From positions 1 through 64,000 of the forward strand of contig JBBQFN010000002.1 of the NCBI GenBank assembly GCA_038321985.1: 64,000 nt of DNA, in the 5' to 3' direction. This DNA comes from Cyanophyceae cyanobacterium (GTDB lineage: Bacteria; Cyanobacteriota; Cyanobacteriia; Cyanobacteriales; Laspinemataceae). Shown piece by piece: positions 50,119 to 60,608 of the stretch. The notes below the pieces were generated by a model. That model saw only the letters and a list, made by a program, of their open reading frames with translations. It ran no database searches and was not told the DNA's origin. The position numbers and the translations under genes are program-made. Position 1 is the stretch's first letter, and every line of letters starts with the position of its first letter.

Positions 50119-52314
50119 ATGCTCAACATTCCCAATCTGATCAGTCAAGAACTCTCGGTTAACCTGTGGCAAGTTGAAAATGCCCTCGAATTGTTCCAAG
50201 AAGGAGCAACGGTTCCCTTTATTGCCCGGTATCGTAAAGAACGCACCGGGTCTTTAGACGAAGTTCAGTTACGCGATATTGCCGAACGGTTTGCTTATAT
50301 TACGGAAATTGAAGACCGTAAAAAGGTGATTTTAGAGGCGATCGCTCAAGGTGGAAAACTCACCGACGAACTCAAACGTAAAATTGAATCCTGTCAACAA
50401 AAAACTGAACTAGAGGACCTCTATCTCCCCTATCGTGCCAAGCGGCGGACCCGCGCCACCGTTGCCCGAGAAAAGGGCTTAGAACCGTTAGCGGAGTGGA
50501 TTGCTCTCCTGAATTTCAGTAAAGCAAGTGCCGATTTAGAGGCAGAAGCGACGAAATATCTCTCCCCAGAAAATGGCATTGTGACGGTCGATGAGGCACT
50601 ACAAGGGGCTGCGGATATATTAGCGGAATCTGTATCCGAACGGGCAGAATCTCGGGCTTATTTGCGGGATTATTTGCTACAGGAAGGGAGATTTTCTTCT
50701 CAGATTAAGGATAATCATCCGGAAGGCAGCACTAAATATGAAATGTATCGGGACTATCAGGTGAAAGTTAACGATATTGCGTCTCATAATCTCCTGGCAT
50801 TGTTCCGGGGAGAAAAGGAGGAAGTGCTGACCCTAGACTTAGATTTTGATGAATCTCAGATTTTAGGATATTTGGAGTCCAAGGAGATTAAAACGAAGGT
50901 CCCGCCGATTAAAGCCTTTTATCGGGAGATGATAAAAGATGCGTTTAATCGATTGATGAAAAATTCCCTCACGACTGAGGTGCGATCGCTCAAAAAACAA
51001 GATGCCGATCTCGCTTCAATTAGCACCTTTGAATCGAATTTACGGGAGTTATTGCTGTCGGCACCCGCAGGAATGAAACCGACGATCGCCGTTGACCCTG
51101 GCTTTAGAACCGGATGTAAAGTAACGGTTCTGGATGGCACCGGGCAGTTTTTAGAATATCATACCATTTTTCCCCACACGGGCGACAGACAGCGCCCAGA
51201 AGCGGCTAAAACAATTAAAACTCTGATTGCTAAATATCAAATTGAATTGATTGCAATTGGAAATGGTACCGCAGGACGAGAAACGGATGCGTTTATTGGG
51301 GAGGTGATTAAAACTTGTACTCCCCAACCGATTAAAGTGATGGTGAATGAATCCGGTGCTTCTATCTATTCCGCAAGTGATGTGGCGCGGGAGGAGTTTC
51401 CGGAGTTAGATTTAACGGTTCGGGGTGCGATTAGTATTGGACGCCGCCTGCAAGATCCATTAGCTGAATTGGTCAAAATTGACCCTAAATCGATTGGAGT
51501 GGGTCAATATCAGCATGATGTGGACCAAAAATTACTCCGTAAAAAATTAGAAGAAACTGTAGAAAGTTGCGTCAACTATGTTGGGGTAGACTTAAATACG
51601 GCTTCTAAAGAACTGCTGACCTTTGTTTCAGGACTGACCCCGACTATTGCGAAAAATATTATCACTTATCGCAATGAAAATGGCGCATTTAAAAATCGCC
51701 GTCAACTCTTGAAAGTAGCAAAATTAGGCCCAAAAACCTATGAACAGGCGGCGGGATTTTTGAGAATTCGCGGCGGAGAGAATCCGTTAGATAATACGGC
51801 AGTGCATCCGGAGAGTTATCCGGTGGTGAAGGCGATCGCTGCCGATTTAAACGTTCCTTTAGGGCAAATTGCTAAAGCATCGGAACAACTAAAATCGGTA
51901 AAGTTGGATAAATATGTCACCGAACTGGTGGGAATTCCTACCTTGCGGGATATTATATCTGAATTAGAAAAACCGGGACGCGACCCCCGTGCTCAGTTTA
52001 AATCTGCCACCTTTAAAGAAGGGGTGAATGAGATTTCTGACTTGCAACCGGGAATGGAATTAGAGGGAGTTGTCACCAATGTAGCCAACTTTGGCGCGTT
52101 TGTAGATATCGGCGTCCATCAGGATGGATTGGTGCATATTTCTCAACTTGCCGATCGCTTTGTGGATGATCCCAAACAAGTAGTGAAGGTGGGACAGGTG
52201 GTGAAAGTGCGTGTTCTCTCCGTGGATGAAAAGTTAAAGCGGATTAGTCTAACTATGCGATCGACGCAGGAAGCACCCAATCCTAGCCGGGGAGTCAATC
52301 CCAGAACTCGTTAA
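50119..52314 (+). CDS. tex: Tex family RNA-binding transcriptional accessory protein
   Basis: TVPFIARYRKE, DPGFRTGCK, SIGVGQYQHD, C-terminal S1 domain. Confidence 0.95.
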   Translation: MLNIPNLISQELSVNLWQVENALELFQEGATVPFIARYRKERTGSLDEVQLRDIAERFAYITEIEDRKKVILEAIAQGGKLTDELKRKIESCQQKTELEDLYLPYRAKRRTRATVAREKGLEPLAEWIALLNFSKASADLEAEATKYLSPENGIVTVDEALQGAADILAESVSERAESRAYLRDYLLQEGRFSSQIKDNHPEGSTKYEMYRDYQVKVNDIASHNLLALFRGEKEEVLTLDLDFDESQILGYLESKEIKTKVPPIKAFYREMIKDAFNRLMKNSLTTEVRSLKKQDADLASISTFESNLRELLLSAPAGMKPTIAVDPGFRTGCKVTVLDGTGQFLEYHTIFPHTGDRQRPEAAKTIKTLIAKYQIELIAIGNGTAGRETDAFIGEVIKTCTPQPIKVMVNESGASIYSASDVAREEFPELDLTVRGAISIGRRLQDPLAELVKIDPKSIGVGQYQHDVDQKLLRKKLEETVESCVNYVGVDLNTASKELLTFVSGLTPTIAKNIITYRNENGAFKNRRQLLKVAKLGPKTYEQAAGFLRIRGGENPLDNTAVHPESYPVVKAIAADLNVPLGQIAKASEQLKSVKLDKYVTELVGIPTLRDIISELEKPGRDPRAQFKSATFKEGVNEISDLQPGMELEGVVTNVANFGAFVDIGVHQDGLVHISQLADRFVDDPKQVVKVGQVVKVRVLSVDEKLKRISLTMRSTQEAPNPSRGVNPRTR

Positions 52315-52328
52315 ACACCGGGGAAAGA

Positions 52329-52403
52329 AACGACAGCAAGTCGTTACTACGAACTGGGGAAATGACTAAATTATCCCGTTTTTAGTGACGACTTCAGTCG
52401 TTA
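52329..52403. repeat. Inverted REP doublet, copies 2 and 3
   Basis: aacgacagcaagtcgttactac ... tagtgacgacttcagtcgtta downstream of tex. Confidence 0.65.
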
Positions 52404-52498
52404 TCCGGGTTGATGCAGACCGAGATAGAACCGAGGGCGCGATATAATAATTACAGTGTAATTGTTAGCTAATTTTTCAAAAATACGTTCATTAAATC

Positions 52499-54220
52499 AT
52501 GATTCAACATCATTTTAAAGAAAAAACTGAACCCCAGCAGTTAAATAAATGTCCTACAGGGATTCGGGGTTTGGATGAAATAACCGGGGGTGGATTACCC
52601 CAGGGAAGACCTACGTTAGTTTGTGGAACAGCCGGTTGTGGAAAAACTTTGATAGCAATGCAGTTTTTAATCAAGGGAATTCAGGACTACGATGAACCGG
52701 GTGTGTTTATGTCCTTTGAAGAAACTGCTGAAGAATTAAGGCAAAATGTCATCTCCCTAGGGTGGGATGTTAAGGCGTTACAAGACGGAAAAAAATTAGC
52801 GATTGATTATGTGCATATCGATCGCAACGAATTCCAAGAAAATGGAGAATACAATTTAGAGGGATTATTTCTGCGGCTAGCGATCGCCATTGATCGAGTA
52901 CAAGCCAAGCGCGTTGCTTTGGATACCTTAGAAGTTCTATTTGGAGGGTTGGACAATCAGGCGATCGTCCGGACCGAATTGCGGCGGTTGTTTCGGTGGC
53001 TGAAGGATAAAGGTGTTACCGCGATCATTACCGCAGAAAGTGGGGAAAATTCCCTCACCCGCCAAGGATTAGAGGAATATGTTTCCGATTGTGTCATTCG
53101 TCTGCAACAGCAAGTCAGCGATCGCATCGCCACCCGCACGTTACATATTGTCAAATATCGCGGGTCTAAACATGGTAGTAATGAATACCCCTTTTTAATT
53201 GAAAAGGACGGAATTTCTGTCATCCCCATCACCTCGATCGGACTGGAACATCAAATCTCTAATGAACGAATTTCTACAGGGATTCACCGCCTAGATATCA
53301 TGTTAGGAGGTCCCGGATACTATCGCGGCAGTAGTGTGTTAATTAGCGGCACCGCAGGTACCGGAAAAAGCACGGTTGCGGCCAATTTTGCTCAGGCAAC
53401 TTGTAGGCGGGGGGAACGATGTTTGTACATTGCTTTTGAGGAATCCCCCAATCAAATTATCCGAAATATGCGATCGATTGGGTTAGACTTAGAAAGTTGT
53501 GTTCGCGATGGTCTTCTGGTCTTTCACTCCGTCCGTCCGACCCTATACGGCTTAGAAATGCACCTGGTCAAATTCTATCATGCGATCGAAACCTTGAAAC
53601 CCCATGTCGTCATTGTCGATCCAATTTCTAACCTCCATTATGTGGGTAATGACATCGAGGTAAAGTCCTTTTTGATGCGCCTGATAGACTTTCTGAAAAC
53701 CCACATTATCACCAGTTTGATGACCAGTCTTACGGTCAGCGGGACATCTTTAGAACGCACAGATGCGGGCGTTTCCTCATTAATGGATACCTGGCTAATG
53801 CTGCGCGATGTCGAAACCAATGGCGAACGCAATCGATTACTGTACCTGCTTAAATCGCGCGGCATGGAACATTCAAATCAAGTCCGCGAATTCCGCCTGA
53901 GTTCATCCGGGGTAGAATTAGTCCAGGCGTATCTCGGACCGGGAGGTGTACTCACAGGATCGGCACGCGCGGTACAAGAATCTCGGGAACAAGCAGATGC
54001 ATTAGTGCGGCAAAAAGAAATTGAAATAAAACAAAGAAACATCGAGCGAAAACGGGCCGTTATTGAAGCAAAAATTCAGGCCCTTAAAGCTGATTTTGAA
54101 GCCGAAAAAGAAGACATAGAACGGATGATTCAAAAAGAAAAACTAGAAGAAGAAATTCAACGGGAAACCTCAGCCACCATGGGAAAAATGCGCCAGTTTA
54201 ATCAGACTGATGACCTATAG
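52499..54220 (+). CDS. kaiC: Circadian-clock-family ATPase/kinase KaiC (KaiC2-like, C-terminal coiled coil)
   Basis: Two RecA-like domains (GTAGCGKT, GTAGTGKS, FEE), EEYVSD, VSSLMDTW phosphosite region. Confidence 0.93.
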   Translation: MIQHHFKEKTEPQQLNKCPTGIRGLDEITGGGLPQGRPTLVCGTAGCGKTLIAMQFLIKGIQDYDEPGVFMSFEETAEELRQNVISLGWDVKALQDGKKLAIDYVHIDRNEFQENGEYNLEGLFLRLAIAIDRVQAKRVALDTLEVLFGGLDNQAIVRTELRRLFRWLKDKGVTAIITAESGENSLTRQGLEEYVSDCVIRLQQQVSDRIATRTLHIVKYRGSKHGSNEYPFLIEKDGISVIPITSIGLEHQISNERISTGIHRLDIMLGGPGYYRGSSVLISGTAGTGKSTVAANFAQATCRRGERCLYIAFEESPNQIIRNMRSIGLDLESCVRDGLLVFHSVRPTLYGLEMHLVKFYHAIETLKPHVVIVDPISNLHYVGNDIEVKSFLMRLIDFLKTHIITSLMTSLTVSGTSLERTDAGVSSLMDTWLMLRDVETNGERNRLLYLLKSRGMEHSNQVREFRLSSSGVELVQAYLGPGGVLTGSARAVQESREQADALVRQKEIEIKQRNIERKRAVIEAKIQALKADFEAEKEDIERMIQKEKLEEEIQRETSATMGKMRQFNQTDDL

Positions 54221-54445
54221 CATATCTACTTCATTCCTGGAAAGAGTAATTCATAAATCACCCCTCCAGGGTTAAGAGAGTAACCCCAGTCGAAAAAAAA
54301 CAGCCGGCATTAAGTGCGTTCCTAGACTACCCAGGAAGAGTATTTACTCTTCCCCATAACCCGAGTTAGTGAAAATTTTCAGACTTGAGCTTTTTCTTTT
54401 TCAGGCGTAGCCAATGGTATCGGTGACTCACTAAAGGAAAATAAC

Positions 54446-54802
54446 ATGGAAAACAAGCCAGACAAAGTAACAAGACCCGAGGTAGATGTATTTGAAGAAT
54501 TTCTGTCTCGACCTATCGAAGAAAAATATTTACTGCGCTTATTTATTGCCGGAAATACGCCTAACTCTAATCGGGCTTTTAACAAAATTAAAAATATTTG
54601 TGAAGAATATTTACCCGGACGATATGAATTAGAAGTGATTGATATTTATGAACAACCGGAACTGATGGAACAAGAACAAATTATTGCCATTCCTACCTTG
54701 GTGAAGAAACTCCCGCCACCGCTACAAAAGTTTATTGGGGATTTGGCAAATACTGAAAAGGTGCTGTTAGGGTTAGATATTAACTACTCTGGGTCTAGTT
54801 GA
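54446..54802 (+). CDS. kaiB: KaiB family protein
   Basis: YLLRLFIAGNTPNS, ELEVIDI, IAIPTLVKKLPPP..FIGDL. Confidence 0.92.
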   Translation: MENKPDKVTRPEVDVFEEFLSRPIEEKYLLRLFIAGNTPNSNRAFNKIKNICEEYLPGRYELEVIDIYEQPELMEQEQIIAIPTLVKKLPPPLQKFIGDLANTEKVLLGLDINYSGSS

Positions 54803-54940
54803 AAGTTTCCCATCAGGGGGAGTTAAAGGCAGTTTGACGCTTACCGTAAACCTGTCGGAACTCCCCTTGCCAACTGCCCACAAAAAACGAGGGCACACCC
54901 TTGTGCGCCCCAAGTTTGGGGACTCCTCCCTCATCTCCCG

Positions 54941-55300
54941 TTAGAGTGGTGCACCATTTCCCCGAGGTAGTCTCATTCCTTCCGTTGCTTGGCGGTATTC
55001 TTCCACACTATCGGAATAGTCGATCGGCAACACAGCCGCCACATTTTCGTGAGGGCGCGGAATAATCACCCAAGTTTCCACGGCGGCCCCATACGTGTGC
55101 TCTACTGCATCAATTCCGGCGGCCATTGCCGTTTTAACTTCCGAGACATCTCCCCGAATCATCACGGTGAACCGAGCACTTCCGGCTCTAATATATCCCA
55201 CTAAGGTGACGCGACCTGCTTTCACCATCGCGTCTGCTGCTGCTAAAATTCCCGGAAACCCTTTGGTTTCAAGTGCTCCAACTGCTTGCTGTGATGGCAT
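54941..55300 (-). CDS. ccmK4: Carboxysome shell hexamer CcmK4-like
   Basis: AVGALETKGFPGILAAADAMVKAGRV, GSARF, IIPRPHENV; follows the ccmK3-like gene. Confidence 0.85.
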   Translation of the reverse strand: MPSQQAVGALETKGFPGILAAADAMVKAGRVTLVGYIRAGSARFTVMIRGDVSEVKTAMAAGIDAVEHTYGAAVETWVIIPRPHENVAAVLPIDYSDSVEEYRQATEGMRLPRGNGAPL

Positions 55301-55419
55301 CCTCTATTTCCTCAATCAAAACTGTAAAACTCCCAAACCCAATTTTACGCAGCTTAGTGACCCATTTAGTCTTAAAGGCAGATTATTTTAAATTCTCCCG
55401 TTTTGGGTGGGGGTAGCTA

Positions 55420-55725
55420 TCATCGCCACTGTTCCACGGCATCGGTGTAACCGATAGGCATTACATCCACAACATTTTCCGTGGGATTGGCAATAATATA
55501 ATGGGTCACGACGACGCCACCAAAGGTATTCTCTCCAGCAGCGATTCCTGCTGCCATTGCCGCTTCGACCTCAGAAACTGGCCCACGAATCGCCACCATA
55601 AATTCGCCTCTTTCGGCTAAATCGTAATGAACGAGGGTGACGCGGGCGGCTTTAACCATTGCATCGGCTGCGGCAAGCACAGCCGGAAACCCTATTGTTT
55701 GAATTACTCCAACGGCAGCAGGCAT
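55420..55725 (-). CDS. ccmK3: Carboxysome shell hexamer CcmK3-like
   Basis: AVGVIQTIGFPAVLAAADAMVKAARV, AERGEF, RGPVSEV. Confidence 0.85.
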   Translation of the reverse strand: MPAAVGVIQTIGFPAVLAAADAMVKAARVTLVHYDLAERGEFMVAIRGPVSEVEAAMAAGIAAGENTFGGVVVTHYIIANPTENVVDVMPIGYTDAVEQWR

Positions 55726-55868
55726 TCTCGCTCTGTCTCCTCGAACGCATAGAAGGTATTCAACAATTGTAGGGTGTTTTTAGCCCATTTTTACCCTATG
55801 TTCGGATCGGGAGTGGGAGAATTAAGCCCAGGTTGGGGGTGACTGCCTTAAAGAGTCTCCTTCGGGTT

Positions 55869-56213
55869 TTAGCTGACTTTGGGATTTTCTGAAAAAGTAA
55901 GCAAAAATGCTAAATTTTCTTCTGCTTTTAAAGCATGAGGGGCGCTACCGGGCATGAACACAAAAACCCCGGGTTCTAGGATGATTTCTTTCCCTTCTAA
56001 GGTGAGGATGCCTCGCCCTTCAATCACGTTTACGGTGGCATTACGAGGGGCAGTATGCTCAGAAATATCGGTATCGGCAGCTAGGCAAAATAAGGTATAT
56101 TGACAGGCTTTATCTTGCAATACTACTTTGCTCACTACCCCAGCGGTGGGATATTCAATTAGGGTTTTTAAGGAGGTGGTAAAAGATGCATTATTAGGGG
56201 CGATCGCAGTCAT
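55869..56213 (-). CDS. Cupin domain protein
   Basis: ISEHT...VIEGRG...MPGSAPHALKA. Confidence 0.88.
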   Translation of the reverse strand: MTAIAPNNASFTTSLKTLIEYPTAGVVSKVVLQDKACQYTLFCLAADTDISEHTAPRNATVNVIEGRGILTLEGKEIILEPGVFVFMPGSAPHALKAEENLAFLLTFSENPKVS

Positions 56214-56362
56214 TGTTATCTTTCTCCTGTTGTTTTTACAGGCAATTTAGCTAAATTGTCTGTTACTCCAGTTTAGCAAAAAACCCCCTCATTCGGTATT
56301 TTAAAGGATATTCTCCCTGAGTGATCCTCTAAGGTCATCCCCTAGATTTCCTTTGGTAACCG

Positions 56363-57139
56363 TTACTGGGCGATCGCACAAATGGCGATATAGCCTAATT
56401 CATTTTGATACTTGAGATAGGTCCGGCGCATTTCTAGGACCCGTTCTCGTAACGGAGGATTGCTCAAAATATTTTTAGCAATTCGGACGGTTCCCCCCAA
56501 TCCTTCATCGCGAATCAGTTGGGGAAGACTCAATAATTCCATCCCTCCCGTTTGGTGGTGTTGCACTTGTAAACCGGCTTGTTGATAAAGCTTTTGCCAA
56601 TGGTCTAAGGAGAGGGGAGATGAATTGACCCGGATTACTTTAGCCAATACTTGATGAATTTCTTCTTCTTTGTCCCGAACTAGCATTTCTTGGGAGAGGA
56701 ATTTGCCTCCGGGTTTGAGTTTTTGGCGAATGGATTTGACCAATTTGGTTTTTCCCGGGAGGGATTGCAGGGTGAGAATTGCTTCGGCTAAAACATAATC
56801 AAATTCTCCGGGAATCTCCTCTAAATGAAAAATATCCTCTTCGATGATTTCGATTTGAGATTCTAATCCGGCAGCGCGAATATTTTGGCGCGATCGCTTG
56901 ACACTTTCAGGATTTTTTTCTACCCCGACTACCCGTACTCCAAATCGTTGGGCGATCGCGATCGCACTCTCTCCAAAACTAGAGGCTAACTCCACGACTG
57001 TTTCTCCCGGTTGAAAATTCGCCCACTCCAATAATTGCTCTGTTGCGGCACGTCCTCCGGGTCGGAGAACCGTTTTTCCCGCAGCGGCTAAAATTTGATG
57101 ACCCGGGGCGGTTTTAAAGTTTAAAGGTACTGTTGTCAT
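56363..57139 (-). CDS. SAM-dependent methyltransferase
   Basis: GKTVLRPGG, VVELASSFG, FDYVLAEA, LKPGG; likely ATG at 57139. Confidence 0.88.
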   Translation of the reverse strand: MTTVPLNFKTAPGHQILAAAGKTVLRPGGRAATEQLLEWANFQPGETVVELASSFGESAIAIAQRFGVRVVGVEKNPESVKRSRQNIRAAGLESQIEIIEEDIFHLEEIPGEFDYVLAEAILTLQSLPGKTKLVKSIRQKLKPGGKFLSQEMLVRDKEEEIHQVLAKVIRVNSSPLSLDHWQKLYQQAGLQVQHHQTGGMELLSLPQLIRDEGLGGTVRIAKNILSNPPLRERVLEMRRTYLKYQNELGYIAICAIAQ

Positions 57140-57282
57140 GGTACTAATTCCCTGATTTTTTATGTCTGAAATGGCTTGCCTTCGGCTGAAAATTGCCGAC
57201 GCTTTCACGGCCAAAATCCGCCTTTTTCCTGAATTTTATCTCTAGGGTCAGAAAGGCGATCTTAATTTAAGTGGGCAATCGT

Positions 57283-57585
57283 TTAAGTTTTGGTTAAAAA
57301 TTCTACCCGGGGTAGTAAGGGGTCTTGAACAATACCCACTCCTTTAAACCCCCACCGATTCAGGATAGCACCTAACTGAGAACCGGGTACCGATTCGATC
57401 GCCACTCGGTCCTTAAGATCCGGGGCATACTTATTCATATAGCTTAAGGCATCAAAGTTCTCACGAAACAGCAGTAAATAACCTGCATCAGCAGATTTTT
57501 CCGACATATTTCCGCGATCGGGATGAGCAGCAACATAGCTTCCGTCGATTTGGGACCGAATTAAATAATGAATTTCAGAGTACAT
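57283..57585 (-). CDS. Hypothetical protein
   Basis: 100-aa ORF: YLIRS..DG.Y, YLLLF.E.FDALSY, RWGF.G.GIV.DP. Confidence 0.75.
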   Translation of the reverse strand: MYSEIHYLIRSQIDGSYVAAHPDRGNMSEKSADAGYLLLFRENFDALSYMNKYAPDLKDRVAIESVPGSQLGAILNRWGFKGVGIVQDPLLPRVEFLTKT

Positions 57586-57747
57586 AATGGGTGATATTTT
57601 ATGAAGTAAGCTGAATATAAAACTACTAATTTTTAGCTACAATTAGGAAAAATTAAAGTTTTTGCTCTACAGAACTTGAGAACAAATGCAGGATTAATTA
57701 ACCCAAAAAACTTAAATTTAATTACTCCTGATTCCTCCCAATTTCGG

Positions 57748-58806
57748 TTATTGAAGATTGGCTAATTTAATGCGGGGGTCAATAGATTTTAGAAGTAAGT
57801 CTGCTAATAAATTACCGATAATTAACATGACCGAACCCATCATCAAACTAGCCATAACCAGATAAATATCTTGACTTCTGACTGCATCTAAAATCAACCG
57901 TCCTAAACCCGGCCAGTTAAAGAAAAATTCGGCAATAAATGCGCCACTTAATAAACCGGCAAATTCAAAACCCAAAATCGTGATTAAGGGGTTGATAGCA
58001 TTTCGCAGGGCATGAACGTAAATCACGCGATTTTCTGGCAATCCTTTCGCACGAGCAGTTTGAATATAGTCTTGACGGAGGACATCTAATAATTCCCCTC
58101 GGGTAATCCGTTGCAACCCCGCAAAACTGGTAATCGATAGAGCCAGGGTGGGTAAAATCATATGCCAAGCAATATCCAGAAATTTGCCGAATGGGGTGAG
58201 TTGATTATAATAAATACTCGTCATGCCGCCTACGGGAAATAAAGGAGAGAGTCTCTGGGCTAAAAACAGGAGTAAAAGGGCCGTAATAAAGCTAGGAAAA
58301 CCCTGTCCCATATAACTAAGAGTCCGCAAGAATTTGTCAAGGGTGGTGTTTTGTTGAACTGCGCTGAGAATCCCTAGGGGAATGGCGATCGCCCAAGTTA
58401 AAATTAATGAAGAGAAGGACAACAGCAGGGTATTGGGGATACGTTCCCATAATAGTTCCGTTACCGGGCGCTGATATTTGAAACTCTCCCCAAAATCACC
58501 GCGCGTTAAAATTTGGCTCAGCCAGCGCCAATATTGCTCGACTCCTGAGCGATCGAGGCCAAATCGTCTAACATAAGCCTCCAAAGTTTCTGGGGAAATT
58601 TGAGGATTTTGACGTAATGTATCTAAATAATCTCCCGGGGCAAGTTGAACAATTGTAAAACTGAGGGCAGATGCCAATAATAGGGTTAGAAGTGCCTGCA
58701 ACAAGCGCTTAACCACGTAAAAAAATGTCTCGCTGGTGAGGGCGTTGTTGAAACTTTCTCGGGTTACGTCCAGGTTCTGGCGAAGCGAGTTACCTTTAGT
58801 AGTCAT
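57748..58806 (-). CDS. Peptide/nickel ABC transporter permease (DppB/OppB family)
   Basis: LAPGD, GDFGES, QDYIQTARAKGL EAA motif, FNWPGLG. Confidence 0.93.
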   Translation of the reverse strand: MTTKGNSLRQNLDVTRESFNNALTSETFFYVVKRLLQALLTLLLASALSFTIVQLAPGDYLDTLRQNPQISPETLEAYVRRFGLDRSGVEQYWRWLSQILTRGDFGESFKYQRPVTELLWERIPNTLLLSFSSLILTWAIAIPLGILSAVQQNTTLDKFLRTLSYMGQGFPSFITALLLLFLAQRLSPLFPVGGMTSIYYNQLTPFGKFLDIAWHMILPTLALSITSFAGLQRITRGELLDVLRQDYIQTARAKGLPENRVIYVHALRNAINPLITILGFEFAGLLSGAFIAEFFFNWPGLGRLILDAVRSQDIYLVMASLMMGSVMLIIGNLLADLLLKSIDPRIKLANLQ

Positions 58807-58938
58807 AATTTTTATTTTTATTGTCTATTCTCTATTGTTTAGTTGCCCATCCCCTAGGGTTTGGGTTTATAAGGGGTTGAAGGAGAAGGCAGCCGATTTC
58901 AGGGGAATAAATTCCTTTTTGGTCTACTACTACTCTCT

Positions 58939-59451
58939 CTAATACTCTATCAAAGTCAGAATAGGGACATTGGGGAGTTTTTGCCGTCCGTTCAAATTTT
59001 GCAATTCAATCACAAAGCAAAAGCCGATGAGTTCAGCTTGGGCAAGTTCTAAGAGTTGGACAGTGGCGAGGGCCGTTCCTCCGGTGGCAATCAGGTCGTC
59101 TACAATTAAGACCCGAGTACCGGGTTCGATCGCGTCCTGGTGCATACAAAGGCGATCGCTGCCGTATTCCAACTCGTACTCGATGGCGTGACAAGCACCG
59201 GGTAATTTCCCGGGTTTGCGAACAGGGATAAACCCGATGCCGAGTTGATAAGCCAAAGGTACCCCAAATAGAAAACCGCGTGACTCCATCCCGACGATGC
59301 AATCGGGTTTGAGAGGGGCGCATTTTTCGGTCATGGTATCGACGGCATACCGGAGGCCCTGGGGGTCCCGCAGGAGGGTCGTAATGTCCCGAAATAAAAT
59401 ACCCGGTTTGGGAAAGTCGGCAATGTCACGAACCAGAGATTTAAGATCCAT
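58939..59451 (-). CDS. apt: Adenine phosphoribosyltransferase
   Basis: [42 protein letters not shown]. Confidence 0.97.
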   Translation of the reverse strand: MDLKSLVRDIADFPKPGILFRDITTLLRDPQGLRYAVDTMTEKCAPLKPDCIVGMESRGFLFGVPLAYQLGIGFIPVRKPGKLPGACHAIEYELEYGSDRLCMHQDAIEPGTRVLIVDDLIATGGTALATVQLLELAQAELIGFCFVIELQNLNGRQKLPNVPILTLIEY

Positions 59452-59978
59452 AAAACTTTAGAAGATTATAAGGAGTTGGAACACACAGATCCCTAGGGTA
59501 GGGGAGGTAACGGTTAGAAATGGGGCGGTTGACCCTAATTAGTTACTCATTAGCATAAATCTTGTAAAGAAACCCGGTTTCGGGTCCTTTTTATTTAAGA
59601 CGGTCCCCACGCCCTAGAATAAAACGGGCGCGGGTGCGATCGCGCCTTAAATCCTAACATTACCCAGGACGCTCCCCGGCGAATTCTAGAGCGATTCACC
59701 CCGAGGTTATATCGTCCCAGTCGCCCTGTGCAAGCCACATCCGTCTCCCAATCGCCTCAAACTCCGGATCTTTTTTGAGGGAAGCCTCTGGATTGGTAGA
59801 ATAAAACATTTGGGCGTTCCCTGGTGGCGGTTGCTCCTGTTAGAAAAATTAGGGAACAGGAGCGTTTAGCTGATCAGATCCCAGATGAACCCTTTAGGTC
59901 AATACTAAAATCAAAGTTAGAGAAGGAAACCCTGCCTCAGATTGCACTCAAGTCAGTCATCCATCAAGGCTATTAAAA

Positions 59979-60608
59979 ATGAATGCTCCGGTAAGCGTAA
60001 TGCAAACAACCCGTCCACCCGAAACGACAACTCCCGTAATTTTAGAGCATCTGCCCGAACCACCAGGGTTTTCTGGGCGTGGATGCCCCAGACGCGCTCG
60101 GTTGCAAATTGACCTGCTGCTGTTGGCGATCGAAGCATTAGACCTGAATGCGTCTCAATCGATTTTAAGCATCGCCAAAGAAGAACAACTGCAAGATATC
60201 ATTAAAAATCGGGTGTTCCTGTGGTTGCTGCGAAGCACGAATCCCCTGCGGCGCTATAGTCAACGTCGCCCCCTCAGTTTAGAGGAAGCCAAGGCGTTAG
60301 TGGCGATCGCTTGTAAATTGGCCCGTCGCTTGAGTGTGACGATTCGGCAGTTGCTCACGGACCATCAGCAATTGCAACAAAAGCAAATTCCCCTGGAGCA
60401 TCATTTGCGATTATCTCATTACCTAGAGCGTTTCCGAGCGCATTTCCGCAGCCGGATGAATCCCCGTCGGGCGGGGGTGGCGATTTATAATACCAATGAA
60501 AAGTTAAATGAGCTGGCAATGGAACTGCTAGGAGAATTGCTGTTTTGTACCGGCACCGCCGGAATGCAACGGTTGTGGTTCAGTTTGTTTGATGGGGAGG
60601 TTGAATGA
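59979..60608 (+). CDS. DUF3038 domain protein
   Basis: DLLLLAIEAL, R.TNPLRR, Y.ERF..HFRSRM, LLFC.G..G.QRLW.SL.DG. Confidence 0.8.
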   Translation: MNAPVSVMQTTRPPETTTPVILEHLPEPPGFSGRGCPRRARLQIDLLLLAIEALDLNASQSILSIAKEEQLQDIIKNRVFLWLLRSTNPLRRYSQRRPLSLEEAKALVAIACKLARRLSVTIRQLLTDHQQLQQKQIPLEHHLRLSHYLERFRAHFRSRMNPRRAGVAIYNTNEKLNELAMELLGELLFCTGTAGMQRLWFSLFDGEVE

